64,000 nt of DNA from Eledone cirrhosa (GCA_964016885.1 OZ024758.1:30132001-30196000), one strand, 5' to 3'; positions 1-13,667 are shown, counted from the stretch's first letter. Notes: generated from the letters alone by a model not told the origin. Numbers and translations: made by a program.

Positions 1-451
1 TATATATATTCAGTATATATATATATTCAGTACTATACGAACATGCCAGACAACAACACGACGGTAACATAGACAACATAGAAATGACCCAGCAGATAGG
101 CAAATCAGAGAGGCCAATGAAATAGAACTTAGAAGGCCAAGGCTAAACAGAAAGAATGAATGGAATAACAACAACACCCAAACAAACAACACTGACCTAA
201 GAGAAGTATAAATAAATAGATAAATAAATACATACACAAGCACAATAACAACAAACACATATAAACACACACACTAGTAAAGATAGAATACATTAACCAA
301 TACACAGTCACCCAATCACGAACACACATCAAACAAAACACTATACATACACGCATGCGCAAAGAAGACAAAATAAAATAAACAAATAAATAAATATATA
401 AACAGACTAAATAAAGATGGCGTAGAAAATACAATGCAACGGGAGGAAACA

Positions 452-505
452 ATAGCACCACTGACGATGTTGCAGATGTGCAACGAAAGAACTTTGATAA
501 ACTAT
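452..505 (+). ncRNA. Minimal hammerhead ribozyme motif (family A)
   Basis: CTGACGA(461-467)-T-GTTGCA-gatg-TGCAAC-GAAA(485-488)-GAAC-TT; perfect 6-bp stem II; partial stem I atag/ctat. Confidence 0.75.
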
Positions 506-692
506 ATATATGTGTTTGCGTCTATATTGTATCTGTATTATTTTTGACCGTTGGTCAGTCAATGGCAACATTGAGGACCGAATAAATTAGATTACCGATA
601 TAAAAGACACAGAAGCGAAAACCAACCAAACAGTGAGTGTGTTCTGTTATTAATTCTGGCAATATTACACAAATATGACCCTCCCCAAGTAT

Positions 693-732
<40 letters not shown>

Positions 733-734
<2 letters not shown>

Positions 735-930
735 CGAAGGAAATGTGGTAAGGAACCAGATGGACCATAACGCACCAAAGTACTCAATACTTAGGGTAGT
801 AGAGTGGGTAATAGGAATAAAGGACCCCGACGGCTGAGCTCAAGCCGTTTCGACGGCTAATTCTGGACTTAATTAGCCGTCCAGAATTAGCCGTCGAAAC
901 GGCTTGAGCTCAGCCGTCGGGGTCCTACTT

Positions 931-933
<3 letters not shown>
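733..933. mobile_element. Palindromic (TA)n-flanked element with the 3' half of a hammerhead (family G)
   Basis: Inverted arms ~822-865/881-926; GAAA-CGGCT-tgagctc-AGCCG-TC; second copy at ~59646-59860. Confidence 0.6.
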
Positions 934-968
<35 letters not shown>

Positions 969-993
969 CATTTGTTCGCTCTACATGGCTGAA

Positions 994-1205
994 TACAATA
1001 AATGTAATATGAGTTTTTCGAATATTAATAATAACATTCGATTCGTTTGCAATTATGCAAACAAGCTTCATTTTTAAAGCCAGGTAAGTAGAATGAACCC
1101 TTCATTCTTGCTCATTACATACATGGCTTTAAAATGGAGCTTGTTTGCATAATTACAAACGAATCGAATGTTATTATTAATATTTGAAAAACTCAGATTA
1201 CATTT

Positions 1206-1211
<6 letters not shown>
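994..1211. repeat. Foldback inverted repeat between (TA)n tracts
   Basis: ~90-bp arms 994-1082 and 1125-1211 are near-perfect reverse complements. Confidence 0.8.
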
Positions 1212-1268
<57 letters not shown>

Positions 1269-1353
1269 AAAAGGTAACCAGAAATAACAACACAATGGGT
1301 ACAGTATATGGAAGGTATACATTAGGTTAACGCTTGATACAGCAGGAAGAGGG

Positions 1354-1389
1354 TCTTAACGTTTCGGACGCTAGTCCTTCATCAGAAGA
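1354..1389 (-). ncRNA. Minimal hammerhead ribozyme motif (family B)
   Basis: Minus strand tctt-CTGATGA-a-GGAC-tagc-GTCC-GAAACGTT-aaga; identical core at 52052-52087. Confidence 0.8.
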
Positions 1390-1872
1390 AAGAATGAGAA
1401 ATAAAATAGATTAAGGGGACGGGCGGGATGGAATTGGAAAAAAATGTCTTTAGATAATATATATATGCACCAAAACAATGTATCTCTAGCGGTCGACTGA
1501 TGAGATGGGACCACTGTTTGTATTTGTTCATTTTCCTATCTTCATCCATATTTTTATTCACACACACACATACATATATATATATAAATGAAAATATAGA
1601 AATTATTGTGAGCAAGAAGCCAACAGTATTTCATATATATAAGTGACTATAACGTCAAAATGGAAAATAATTAACGTAAGATATGAGAAAATAATTCAAA
1701 CTCAATTAAAAAAAAGTCAAGACAGAGATTTTATCCACAGATTTTGTGAAATCCAGGGAAAAACCAATAGAGTCTTAACTCAGAATCAAATAAAGCTTAA
1801 ATACTCATCCTTCAATTTGGAAAAACTACAAATGCTCTATATAGTCTTAAAAAGACTATTTCACACACACAC

Positions 1873-1910
<38 letters not shown>

Positions 1911-2254
1911 CCATATGTAGTTGAAAGCCTACTCAATACCGAAGTAGAATTTAAATATTTCTTTAAGACTAAATAGTGAGTCTTGTTACTCTGGGGTTGT
2001 TTCACTTCTTCACAAGCTGACTCTCCAGAATAACAAGACTCACTATTTAGCCTTCATAAGATGGATATATATATATATATATATATATATCTATATATAT
2101 ATATAGATTTTGAGTTTATGTTGGTTGTATATCAACACCTCAGTATGCAGGCTGGAGCACTCGACGAAGTGCGCAGGTTGGTTTGGTTACTCCGGAGTAG
2201 TGTAAAATAAAGTTATATAAAAGTCAAATGATTAAAATTTAGCTTCGTTTATTA

Positions 2255-2307
2255 CTGCTATATATATTTCAGTGACAGCCATCTTTGGCTGTGACCTCTT
2301 CAGGCAG
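2255..2307 (-). ncRNA. Hammerhead motif (family C), left arm of palindrome 2201-2470
   Basis: Reverse complement of 2362-2414. Confidence 0.75.
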
Positions 2308-2361
2308 TTTGAATTAGTATGGTATAGACATATGTACTTGTCTATACCACACTAATTCAAA

Positions 2362-2414
2362 CTGCCTGAAGAGGTCACAGCCAAAGATGGCTGTCACTGA
2401 AATATATATAGCAG
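2362..2414 (+). ncRNA. Hammerhead motif (family C), right arm of palindrome
   Basis: ctgc-CTGAAGA-ggtcacagcca-aaga-tggctgtcact-GAAA-tatata-TA-gcag, followed by AATAAA. Confidence 0.75.
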
Positions 2415-3261
2415 TAATAAACGAAGCTAAATTTTAATCATTTGACTTTTATTTAACTTTATTTTATATATATTTATATATATATACAGAGGTGCAATAG
2501 CAATAGTCTTATTGGTTTCACGCTTGAAAGAAAAAGGAACGTATCGGACGTTAGTCCTTCATCAAGAGTACAGGAAACTCAAAGATGGGATTCACAGATT
2601 TAAGAGGACAAAAAAGGAAGGTATATATGCGTGTGTGTTGTAATAATTCTTATGAAGAATTAAATACAACATGAAGACATCTCTCTAGAAGGTCACTGAT
2701 ATAAAACCTGCGACTTCGTTTGCATCCAATGATGTAAACCAGTTCTGAAGACCAGTACTTCTTTTGGGGGCAAATTCATTTGATGTTCAGAGAGTGGGAC
2801 TGGCCCCGTGAAAAGCCTTTCCTTACCGAAAAAAGCTTCAAGCACAGGCATTGCTTGATATGCGACATTCTTTTGCTATACATGGAATTACTGGCCATAG
2901 CCAAGTCTCTAGCAGTCCGTGATGTCCATGCTTAAGTATCAAGCGATGGCATTACTCGAAATGGAGTTTCAGCCATCATATATTAATGTATGTATGATGT
3001 AACAGTGAGAGAGGGACATGGTGTAATATATTATGTAGTAGGGGATCTCTATTAATTCCTGCTAATATCTAAACATAATGAATCTTTCAGGCTTCACAAT
3101 GGTGCCATCTTCTCTCTGTTATACTCAACTAAATCCCAAAACTTGGAGGGTTCAAGTATTAAACTGTGATAACAGATGGTGTAATCTTCCTCTTTATGTT
3201 ATAACTTACACCCCACACCCTCTCTCTTCCCTTCACTCTCTCTTCCCCTCTCCTTGTGACG

Positions 3262-3455
3262 ATGGTAGTGGTGGTGGTGGTAGTGGTGACGGTGGTGGTG
3301 GTGGTGACAGTGGTGGTAGTGGTGGTGGTGGTGACAGTGGTGGTAGTGGTGGTGACGGTGGTAGTGGTGACGGTGGTGGTGGTGGTGACAGTGGTGGTAG
3401 TGGTGACGGTGGTGGTGGTAGTAGTGACGCCGACAACAACGACAACGACGACGGC
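3262..3455. repeat. (GGT)n/(GAC)n degenerate trinucleotide repeat
   Basis: Direct inspection; explains the Gly/Thr/Pro/Val-rich ORFs. Confidence 0.9.
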
Positions 3456-3668
3456 AACGTTGGTTCTGTTAAGAGTGGCACTGCCGCTAATGGCGATGGT
3501 GGTGATGTCGGCAATGGCCATGACGAGAACGAAATAAGTGTATAAAAAGCTTCATTCAGATTATATTCAGATTATAGAGATAGAGTTATGTAGCTACAAC
3601 TTTCACCTGTATCTGTACTTACCATCTGTTGACTTATCACTGGTTTCTACAGACCCTTTAGCCAGCTG

Positions 3669-3709
<41 letters not shown>

Positions 3710-3829
3710 GTTTGACAAAGAGGGGAGAGGTGGGTGGTAGTAGAATCTGAAAAGGAGACAGGCAAGTTGAGAAAGGGAAAGAGGGCAATTGAAAGGTACT
3801 TCGAAGTTGTTTGAAAGATGGATAGCTAC

Positions 3830-3863
<34 letters not shown>

Positions 3864-6728
3864 TGGGGGTGGTGGTCAGAACAAGAAATATCAGAATGAG
3901 GGTTCATCAAACTGTCAGTTGAAATTATTTTATTTGGGAGATCGGGGCACATAACTAAGAGAAGGGGGCGTACATTGTAGAATAAAAGAATAAAAACTAA
4001 TGATATAATAACAAATACATTTTAATAAATGAGGCCCCCGACGGTGTGTGACCCTAAGTTATAGCTTATTTAGCTTATTGGTAAGTCTAGTATTGCAGAC
4101 ACCGGCTTAACCAATACAAATCCCCTCTCTTTTGAGATTATATCGTTCATAGCACACTTTTAAGACTTCGTTGTCGATTGTGGTGCTATTCCCAGTAGCT
4201 CAGTTTCTAAATAACTCTTATAACAGTCCCAGGAGGTACATATTGTGTTACTACTCAAGGGGACACACCCTTCATATATACAGTTCAAGGTCTTCGGTTA
4301 TTTTGTAAATTTGGAATTTTCACTGAGGAAAAAATATACTGAAAGGCATCCAATGTCAAGTCGATCTAACTACACCCTCTGTGTATATACATGAGGCGGG
4401 CCCTGGACGGTGTGTGGGAGTCCATGTGCAGGCCATCTCGTGCTCCCAGCGGGCAAAATGGAGAAACAAGTTGCACTGGAGATTATGTAAATAAATCCCT
4501 TCAAATTCTTGATTATTTTCAAATTTATTTCAAAATCATGTGTAGTATCTTTCGGCAGTAATGAAAGGGTCTTTGTTACAGCATTTCTGTAAAATGCATA
4601 AACAGCTTTGAAAAAACTAAAATTTATTCAAATATGAAATATTTCCTCCATTGAATAATCTGTTTATTGTAGATTTAGTTGTAACCCAAGAAAAACCTAC
4701 TACATCTAATTTTACTGATCGTCTGTTTACCAGAGAACGATATGACTGAACCTCGTTCATGGAAACCAGACGGTATAAAGCGTAAATGCAACGATTGGGT
4801 GGTATTGCCGATGTAATACTTATCTTTTACGCACTCCATATCATATATTAAGTATCTCTAAAGCATTTGCTGGGAATTCTTATAGGACAGTTTTGCTGTT
4901 CAGTCGGGAATATATAATAGATATTTATCAATTCTTAAATTGATAACTATCTAACGTATTCGGAATGATGACTGAAGTGTTTGCAACACTGTAGGTTCTT
5001 GAAAACGGCTTAACTTGGCTTCTCTTCACATTCGTTTGATGTGTGGCGTTCAAAGTTGATTCACTTGCACAAACTCCCCCACTTCTTTCGTCTGAGCAGT
5101 TTCCCATGTACTCATGATTTCTCTCTCTCCTTTTTTCTTAATCGTTTTTCCTATCTTTCTTACGAATCTTCCTTTTCTACCCCCGTCTACATTTATTTTG
5201 CTTCTCTTCCGCGTTTATTTTTCTAATGCGCGCCACATCTCTCTGTTTCTACTTATCAATATATGGTTTCATTATCATTTTTGATATTAGATAATCTTAC
5301 ATTTCCCCTTTCCAGCCTCTTGTTATCTTTCTTTTGAACTTTCCTTAATTTTTCTTTTTCCTTCTATATTTTCTTTATCCCTTCCTCATTCTTTTATCTT
5401 TTAATCTTACATTTCTCTGGAAACATCCTGTGATAGTAGGAAAAATAAAATAAAAAAAAGGAATTGTGATTGTTCCCATGTAATTTCTGATGGAGAGGAG
5501 TATCTATTCTAAATCTGTTATTAAACGCAACACACACGATAACCTAGACATTACATTCTTGTCCTCCAAGTAGGCTCAGAACCCAAAACAATGGTGGCAC
5601 AACACTTTAAACTTTTTGATACCAAACCAAGGACGGTGGAACTGGGGGAGGGGGCATGGCACCCTCCCCTCACAATAATTATATCCCCCCCCCCCCACAA
5701 AAAAACTACCAAAACACACAACTATTTGTATATACGCTACAATATATGTACATGTTATGTTTATCTCGTATCGAAGTTCTTTTATATCTTGTTTGATATT
5801 TGATAATAATAACCGCTAAACTAATCACTACAACTAAATTGACTAAATTTGGCCGCCACCAATTCAGAAATGCTTCCACCGCCCCCGAAACCGCCCCTTC
5901 ACGCACAGAAATAAAGAATAAATCAGTTAACAATATAATATAGACAAGACTAATCTATATATAAATCAGCAACCTATATAAGAAGGTTGTATTTTGTTGT
6001 CATACTTTACATACTTTCATTTCTTATACAAATTTTGAAACAAAAGTTCAATCCAGGGCCGGACTTTATCTGCTGGGGCCCTAAATATATTGAATTTGAG
6101 GCTCTTCTCTGAAAAGAATTTGAGTAAAAAGAAATTTTAAATCATTTTGTTTATGTGGAAAACCTTTGATCATAGTTCTACTAGGGTTGATCTGGGGTTA
6201 AATAACGATATCAAAGGAAGACCATTGATGTATTATTAGACATCTCGGCCTGGATCAAACTTCAGCAGTCTTTTGTCATTCGGTAAACATAGAAACCCGC
6301 CGTATAATATTGGTTTCTGATTTAAGTAGAAGGCCAACAATTTTGGGGGAGGGGAAAATCGATTAAATCGATCCCAGTACATTACTGGTACTTTATTTTA
6401 CCAACCCCGTAAGGATGAAAGGCAAAGCTAATCTCGGTAGGATTTGAACTCAGATCAAAGTACCGTAACACTAAAGCATGTTGTCCGACGCTCTACCGAT
6501 ACTGCCAATCCATAAATCCTTATCCTATTGTAAGTTATTTGTTTTCAAAACGAAAAAAAAAAAAAAAATACAACCCACCAAAAAACAAAATTAACTAGAC
6601 ACGCTCACTCAATTACATGCCACAGAATTAGGGACGTTAGAGTTTCCCTTCTAATAATTATTAAGGCATGCCAACACACTCGCAGAATTGCCGTAGGTGA
6701 TATCGAGGCTATGAATAACCCTGGAATA

Positions 6729-6988
6729 ACCATGAACCCTTGCGACCATCACCTGATATGTCTGTAAGAGAGACGGCCAAACCATGTACCCTCGCAAGCA
6801 TCACCTGATATGTCGGTAAGAGAGACGGCCAAACCATGTACCCTCGCAAGCATCACCTGATATGTCGGTAAGAGAGACGGCCAAATCATGTACCCTCGCA
6901 AGCATCACCTGATATGTCTGTAAGAGAGACGGCCAAACCATGTACCCTCGCGAGCATCACCTGATATGTCTGTAATAGGAACGGCCAA
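6729..6988. repeat. 52-bp minisatellite, ~5 copies
   Basis: Unit accatgtaccctcgcaagcatcacctgatatgtcggtaagagagacggccaa. Confidence 0.9.
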
Positions 6989-7464
6989 TAATGGCGGCCA
7001 AGCTTCCGTAAACGTCTCAAATGTTACTGCTAAAAATAAAAAAAAAATAGTTTGCCGACAATTCCTGATACATTATGAAGTTTCGGTTCAGTACACAATA
7101 AACCTGAGGTTTTGACAGATAATTTACGAAATATTTTTTTAATTTATAGATCCCCCTTTTTTATTTATTTATAAATCTCTTTTTTTATTACTCTTATTTA
7201 TCAAGAACAATGTTTTTCATCAGACTTCAAGTCTTCTGAAGCTATGAAACAGCTGCTCAAAAATATTCTGTAGCACTAAATAATTGTTTCTACTTTTGGC
7301 ACAAGGCCATCATCTCAGTGTATTACTGGTACTTTATTTTATCTACCCCGTAAGGATGAAAGGCAAAGTTAACCTCGGCGGGATTTGAACTCAGATCATA
7401 GTACTAAATAATGTTCGTATCTTTTACTAAAACACTTAAACTTATAATTGGTTCAGAATTCATA

Positions 7465-7871
7465 CGAGGGTCGGCTGAAAAGTTGATAGTCTGACCAAGA
7501 TTTCATAGCTCTAGCATCACTCCTTCACAGTCAGCCTATGGATATTTTCTAAAGTCGTACCATAGAGTTGATAGTCTTTTAAAATGAACAGGTCAGAACG
7601 AACCATAGCCCCAAACCTTAACTCTCGTGTGTATACACAGTGGGAAAAAAAACAATGCAAGATTTCACAGCTCTACCATCACTCCGCCATAGTCAGCCTA
7701 TGACCAAGATACTCTCATGGAATGACCAAATGAGGTTTATTTTTCAACATAATCTCTGGGAATAAACAGTGCAGTTATTAGTAAAAAGAGTTGAAATGAA
7801 TGCATGCAAGATTTCACAGCTCTAGCATCACTCCGTCCTAGTCAGCTTATCAACTCTTCAGCCCACCCTTG
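7465..7871. mobile_element. Mariner-type MITE
   Basis: TA|CGAGGGTCGGCTGAAAAGTT ... AACTCTTCAGCCCACCCTTG|TA; shorter relative at 26561-26759. Confidence 0.7.
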
Positions 7872-8499
7872 TATATTAATTTTTCTTCGTTTCACGCGGC
7901 TTTCAAAAATATCTGAAAATGTGACTCTTCCGTTAAGCAAATCTAGCCACTCCAGGTACATAATTAAAATAAACACGTTGGTTAGTGTTTAATTAATGTG
8001 GTATTTCTTGAAACTGTTGCCTAAATGTTGTCGAAGTGGGTTTGTCATCTGGTATATTTCCTCATTAGCTCGCGTGCCATTTCTGTTAATTTCTGCGTTT
8101 GTTGATCCTATAAAGGAAGGGGGAAGTAACAGCGGAGTTTTTCATATTTGTTTTAATTTTTAAGCAGAGGAAAGTAGACAGTATTCATGAAAGGAGGGGT
8201 TAGCATAGAGGAGTGTTTTAACTATGACGAATAAAGATACGCATGTATATAAAGACAGACATAAATGTTAATCCTTATCTGACTTTTCCTCCTTTAATAG
8301 AGATCGTCTGTGAACCGTTTACTCAAATAAAACCTTTCCGGACAGATTTAAGATACGTAAAGCAATTAAAGCAATCTGGTTTCACTCTGATTGTCAACAT
8401 AAAAAACTGTTCCTATCAGGTATAAATAATAAAAAAAAACATTTGTATAATTTGTTTGAATTTTTAATCGATGTATATTGAAATCTTAGCCATACGGTG

Positions 8500-8975
8500 T
8501 GTGATATTGTGTTTTTTTCTCTCTCTCTCTCTTACTGTTCCCCCATTCTCTCTGCTTCTCCCCCTCTGTCATGTCAGTTAACTCTTCCTCACACTTTCAC
8601 TCACTCACTGTTTCTCTTCTCTTCATTTCATCCTGTACACCACGAAGGCTATTTTTCTCTCTTCTCACATAGCCTTCGCTCGTGTCGGGTCTGTTCTAAA
8701 AACGCTCATATATTCACCTAGCTTATGCTAAACAGAATAATTTTTGAAGCTTGTTTCTTTCCCCTACGGTTAACTATACTCTTTGTTGTTCTCCTGTCTC
8801 ACTCGCTTTACGCGTTTCAATTGTCCTAATAACTTATTTTGGTTATTATTGCACCGACGTGAGGTATATGATTTTTAATGCAATGAAATATCTATGATCG
8901 TCGGCAAATCACTGATGAGGGACTCATTTTATTACATGTTATCCATGTGCTACCTGCAGTATTTTTCTCTATATT
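8500..8975 (+). mobile_element. Short interspersed element with CTGATGA motif, ending in (TA)n
   Basis: Homologous to the reverse complement of 62974-63630. Confidence 0.65.
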
Positions 8976-9075
8976 TTATTATATATATATATATATATAT
9001 ATATGGCCTCCAAATACAACGGTCAATTTTTAAAAGGGGTACGTCAATGTCTATTTATAAAACTGTTATATATTG

Positions 9076-9144
9076 TATTTTGTCTGATGAAGGCATACAT
9101 ACCATAATTTAACTTGGTATCCTTGAAATATATATAATGAAATA
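9076..9144 (+). ncRNA. Hammerhead motif (family D)
   Basis: tattttgt-CTGATGA(9084)-agg..atacca/tggtat..cctt-GAAA(9125)-tatata-TA-atgaaata. Confidence 0.65.
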
Positions 9145-9342
9145 AATATGGTTTTATAAATATAGTTTCCATTTATTAATATCGTATATATATATATATA
9201 TATTAAAGTGTTAAACAATATTCAATGATTATGTCAAAGAATGAGTTTTACAGTAGATTGGAAGCACTCAACGGGAAAATAATTTTCTGGAGTTATTAAT
9301 ATTAACATATAAGTATTAATAAAATAGATGTTCTTTTGATCA

Positions 9343-9405
9343 ATTACATTTTATTAAACATATTTCGGATGTACAACAGTACGTCCTCATCAGACAAAAT
9401 ATAAT
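9343..9405 (-). ncRNA. Hammerhead motif (family E), left arm of palindrome 9307-9589
   Basis: Reverse complement of 9491-9553. Confidence 0.75.
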
Positions 9406-9490
9406 GATACATGACATACCCTGAGATGTTAAATGGTTAAGATCTTGATTAAATCTTAACCATTTAACATCTCAGGGTATGTCATGTATC

Positions 9491-9553
9491 ATTATATTTC
9501 GTCTGATGAGGACGTACTGTTGTACATCCGAAATATGTATAATAAAATGTAAT
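9491..9553 (+). ncRNA. Hammerhead motif (family E), right arm
   Basis: attatatttcgt-CTGATGA-GGAcGTAC-tgtt-GTACaTCC-GAAA-tatgta-TA-ataaaatgtaat. Confidence 0.8.
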
Positions 9554-9613
9554 TGATCAAAAGAACATCTATTTTATTAATACTTATATATGTGTGTTCA
9601 TTCATTAATAAAT

Positions 9614-9660
9614 TGCTCCGAAGAATCCAAACCTCGGTTTGGAGGAAACAGTTGTAAGCA
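9614..9660 (+). ncRNA. Degenerate hammerhead motif
   Basis: tgct-CCGAAGA-a-TCCAAACC-tc-GGTTTGGA-g-GAAA-cagttg-TA-agca; one core substitution. Confidence 0.55.
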
Positions 9661-9695
9661 TAAAAATGTTTTGAACAGTTCTTTGATTCTTATAA

Positions 9696-9773
<78 letters not shown>

Positions 9774-9840
9774 TGATTTATTGACGGACATAGAAAAAGC
9801 ACTCAAAACCGAAGTAGAGTTTAAATATTCATTTACTATG

Positions 9841-9895
9841 GCTAAGTAGTTATTAATAGATGGGTGACCACTTGGGAAACGTAAGTGCTGCAAGC
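9841..9895 (+). pseudogene. 5S rRNA-like 3' fragment (5S pseudogene or SINE3 remnant)
   Basis: AGATGGGTGACCACTTGGGAAACGTAAGTGCTGCAAGC resembles the 5S box C region and 3' end (GGATGGGWGACCGCCTGGGAATACCRGGTGCTGTARGC). Confidence 0.5.
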
Positions 9896-10301
9896 ATCTC
9901 CAATTACAGTCTTCTCCCCCCTGTTGGCCGGGTACAAGGAGCAGACGACATATTAGAGAACATGTTTTTCTAATACTATGTTTTTTATTGAAACATTATG
10001 CCTAGCCTTTCAAAAAGGTATATATTAGTTTGGCCTTGCATTCACTAATACTTCCTCCAAAACACACCATGTTACATTTTCGTAGCATAGAGTTGCGGCC
10101 CATTACATTCTGGCATTGTGCCTAAAGTAGAAACAATGATTTTAATTGTAGTTAATGTTGCAATCATTGTTCCTACATAATAATGTTATGTTAATCTGAA
10201 GCAGAGGGAATGTCCCCTCTCCTTTATAATGCATTTTACAACTTATATCAGCCTAACTAGATGATAATCTTATATCAGAAAACAACTTTTCTTTTAACCA
10301 G

Positions 10302-11410
10302 ACATACACACTCACACACACACACACACTCACACACACACTCACTCACACACACACTCACTCACACACACACTCACACACACACTCACTCACACACACA
10401 CTCACACACACACTCTCACATACACACTCACTCACACACACACTCACACACACACTCACACACATACACTCACATACACTCTCACACACACACTCTCACA
10501 CACACACACTCACACATACACACTCACACATACACACTCTTACACACACACACTCACACATACACACTCACACATACACACTCTCACACACACACACTCT
10601 CACATACACTCTCACATACACACTATCACATACACACTCTCACATACACATACACTCTCACAGATACACTCTCACACATACACACTCACACATACATACT
10701 CTCACATACTCACTCTCACATACACACTCTCACACACACACTCTCACAGATACACTCTCACACATACACTCTCACAGATACACTCTCACACATACACTCT
10801 CACACATACACTCTCACAGATACACTCTCACACATACACACTCACACATACACACTCACACATACATACTCTCACATACACACTCTCACATACACACTCT
10901 CACATACACACTCTCACATACACACTCTCACACACACACTCTCACAGATACACTCTCACACATACACTCTCACAGATACACTCTCACACATACACTCTCA
11001 CACATACACTCTCACACATACACTCTCACAGATACACTCTCACACATACATACTCTCACATACACACTCTCACATACACACTCTCACATACACACTCTCA
11101 CATACACACTCTCACACATACACTCTCACAGATACACTCTCACACATACATACTCTCACATACACACTCTCACATACACACTCTCACATACACACTATCA
11201 CACACACACTCTCACACACACACTCTCACATACACACTCTCACATACACACTCTCCCATACACTCTCACACATACACACTCACACATACACACTCTCACA
11301 GATTCACTCTCACATACACACTCTCACACATACACACTCACACATACACACTCACACATACACACTCACACATACACACTCTCTCACATACACACTCTCA
11401 CATACACACT

Positions 11411-11463
<53 letters not shown>

Positions 11464-12752
11464 ATACACACTCTCACATACACACTCTCATATACACACT
11501 CTCACATACACACTCTCACATACACACTCTCACATACACACTCTCACATACACACTCACACACATACACACTCACACTCTCACACATACACACTCACACA
11601 TACACACTCTCACATACACACTCACATACACACTCACACACACACTCTCACATACACTCTCACACATACACACTCTCACATACACTCTCACAGATACACT
11701 CTCACAGATACACTCTCACATACACACTCTCACATACACACTCACACATACACACTCACACATACACTCTCACATATACTCTCACATACACTCTCACATA
11801 CACACTCACATACTCACACACATACTCACACGCATACACACTCACACATACACACTCACACAGACACACTCTCACAGATACACTCTCACATACACTCTCA
11901 CACATACACTCTCACGCATACACACTCACACACTCTCACAGATACACTCTCACACATACACACTCTCACAGATACACTCTCACATACACTCTCACATACA
12001 CACTCACACACACTCTCTCACATACACATTCACACATACACACTCACACATACACTCTCACATACACACCCACACATACACACCCACACATACACACTCA
12101 CACATACACACTCACACATACACACTCACACATACACACTCTCACACATACACACTCTCACATACACTCACATACACACCCACACATACACACTCACACA
12201 TACACACTCACACACATACACTCTCACATACACACTCTCACATACACACTCTCACACATACACACTCACACATACACACATACACACTCACACATACACA
12301 CATACACACTCACACATACACACTCTCATACATACACACTCTCATACACACTCACACATACACACTCACACATACACACTCACACATACACACTCACACA
12401 TACTCTCACATACACTCTCTCACATACACTCTCACACATACACACTCTCACACATACACACTCTCACATACACACTCTCATATACACACTCTCACATACA
12501 CACTCTCACATACACACTCTCACATACACACTCACACACATACACACTCTCACATACACACTCTCATATACACACTCTCACATACACACTCTCACATACA
12601 CACTCTCACATACACACTCACACATACACACTCTCATATACACACTCACATACACACTCACACTCTCACACTCACACTCTCACACATACACTCTCACACA
12701 TACACACTCTCACATACACACTCTCACACTCTCACACTCACACACTCTCACA
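10302..12752. repeat. 2.4-kb compound CA/CT/CATA microsatellite
   Basis: Direct inspection; source of the spurious 836-aa His/Thr ORF. Confidence 0.95.
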
Positions 12753-12949
12753 TCGTATGACATTGAACTAGTTTGTAATGAGTATCATTTATAAGAATCA
12801 AGAGGTGGAGATCAGCTTACCATCTTGATCAGAAAAGTTTCCAAAGCTGTCATGAATGTAAATGTACACACACACATATATATACATATATATACATATA
12901 TATATATATATATACATATATATACATATATATATATACATATATATAC

Positions 12950-13006
<57 letters not shown>

Positions 13007-13007
13007 C

Positions 13008-13048
<41 letters not shown>

Positions 13049-13127
13049 TATACATATATATCCAGATGGTAATTGAACCATTAAGGTCTGATTCCTGGGT
13101 ATGTCACTATTTATAAAACAAAGTTTG

Positions 13128-13181
13128 TATTTTATCTGATGAAAGCGTACCAAAGTACCCTTGAAATATATATAATAGAAT
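13128..13181 (+). ncRNA. Hammerhead motif (family D)
   Basis: tattttat-CTGATGA-aagcGTAC-caaa-GTACcctt-GAAA-tatata-TA-atagaat. Confidence 0.6.
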
Positions 13182-13239
13182 CAATATGGTTTTATAAATA
13201 TAGTTTCCATTTATTAATATCATTGATCTATATATATAT

Positions 13240-13628
13240 ATCATCATCATCATCATCATCATCAACGTTTAACGTCCATGTTCCACGCTTGCATGGGTTT
13301 GGACGGGGGTAGTCCCACTTGAGGCAAGAGTGGTTGTCTTGCTCGCATAGGACTGTCTGGCGGGTTTTCTACAGTTGGATGCCCTTCCTAACACCAACCA
13401 CATTTACAGTGTGGGACTGGGAGGTTTTTACCGTGTGGACTGTGTGTTTTTTTTGTCGTGACACCTACACGATCTCATTTGTTTCGGCCTGGATGGTGTG
13501 GCACCAACATAACTTTACATAGGAGGGGGTGGTGTGGATGGGGGTGTGGGTGGTGGGACGGGGGTGTATTTTGTTAGAGATGCCTACTGGCTGTAGTAGG
13601 TTTTACTATGTATTTAGGTAAGGCGGCC

Positions 13629-13629
<1 letters not shown>
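13240..13629 (-). mobile_element. RTE 3'UTR-only copy with (GAT)n tail
   Basis: Matches 33005-33415; flanked by (TA)n on both sides. Confidence 0.85.

Positions 13630-13667
<38 letters not shown>

Noticed and set aside
2537-2567. Family-B-like hammerhead on the minus strand (TTGATGA-a-GGAC-taac-GTCC-GATAC)
   Set aside because: Both core boxes are mutated and there is no stem I; a probable decayed copy, not counted
3078-3545. Gly-rich 155-aa ORF
   Set aside because: Driven by a (GGT)n repeat open in several frames
7209-7268. Hairpin followed by GAAA-CAGCTG
   Set aside because: No CTGANGA box on the same strand in the required position
10261-12771. 836-aa His/Thr-rich ORF
   Set aside because: Translation of a CA-rich microsatellite that lacks stop codons in this frame
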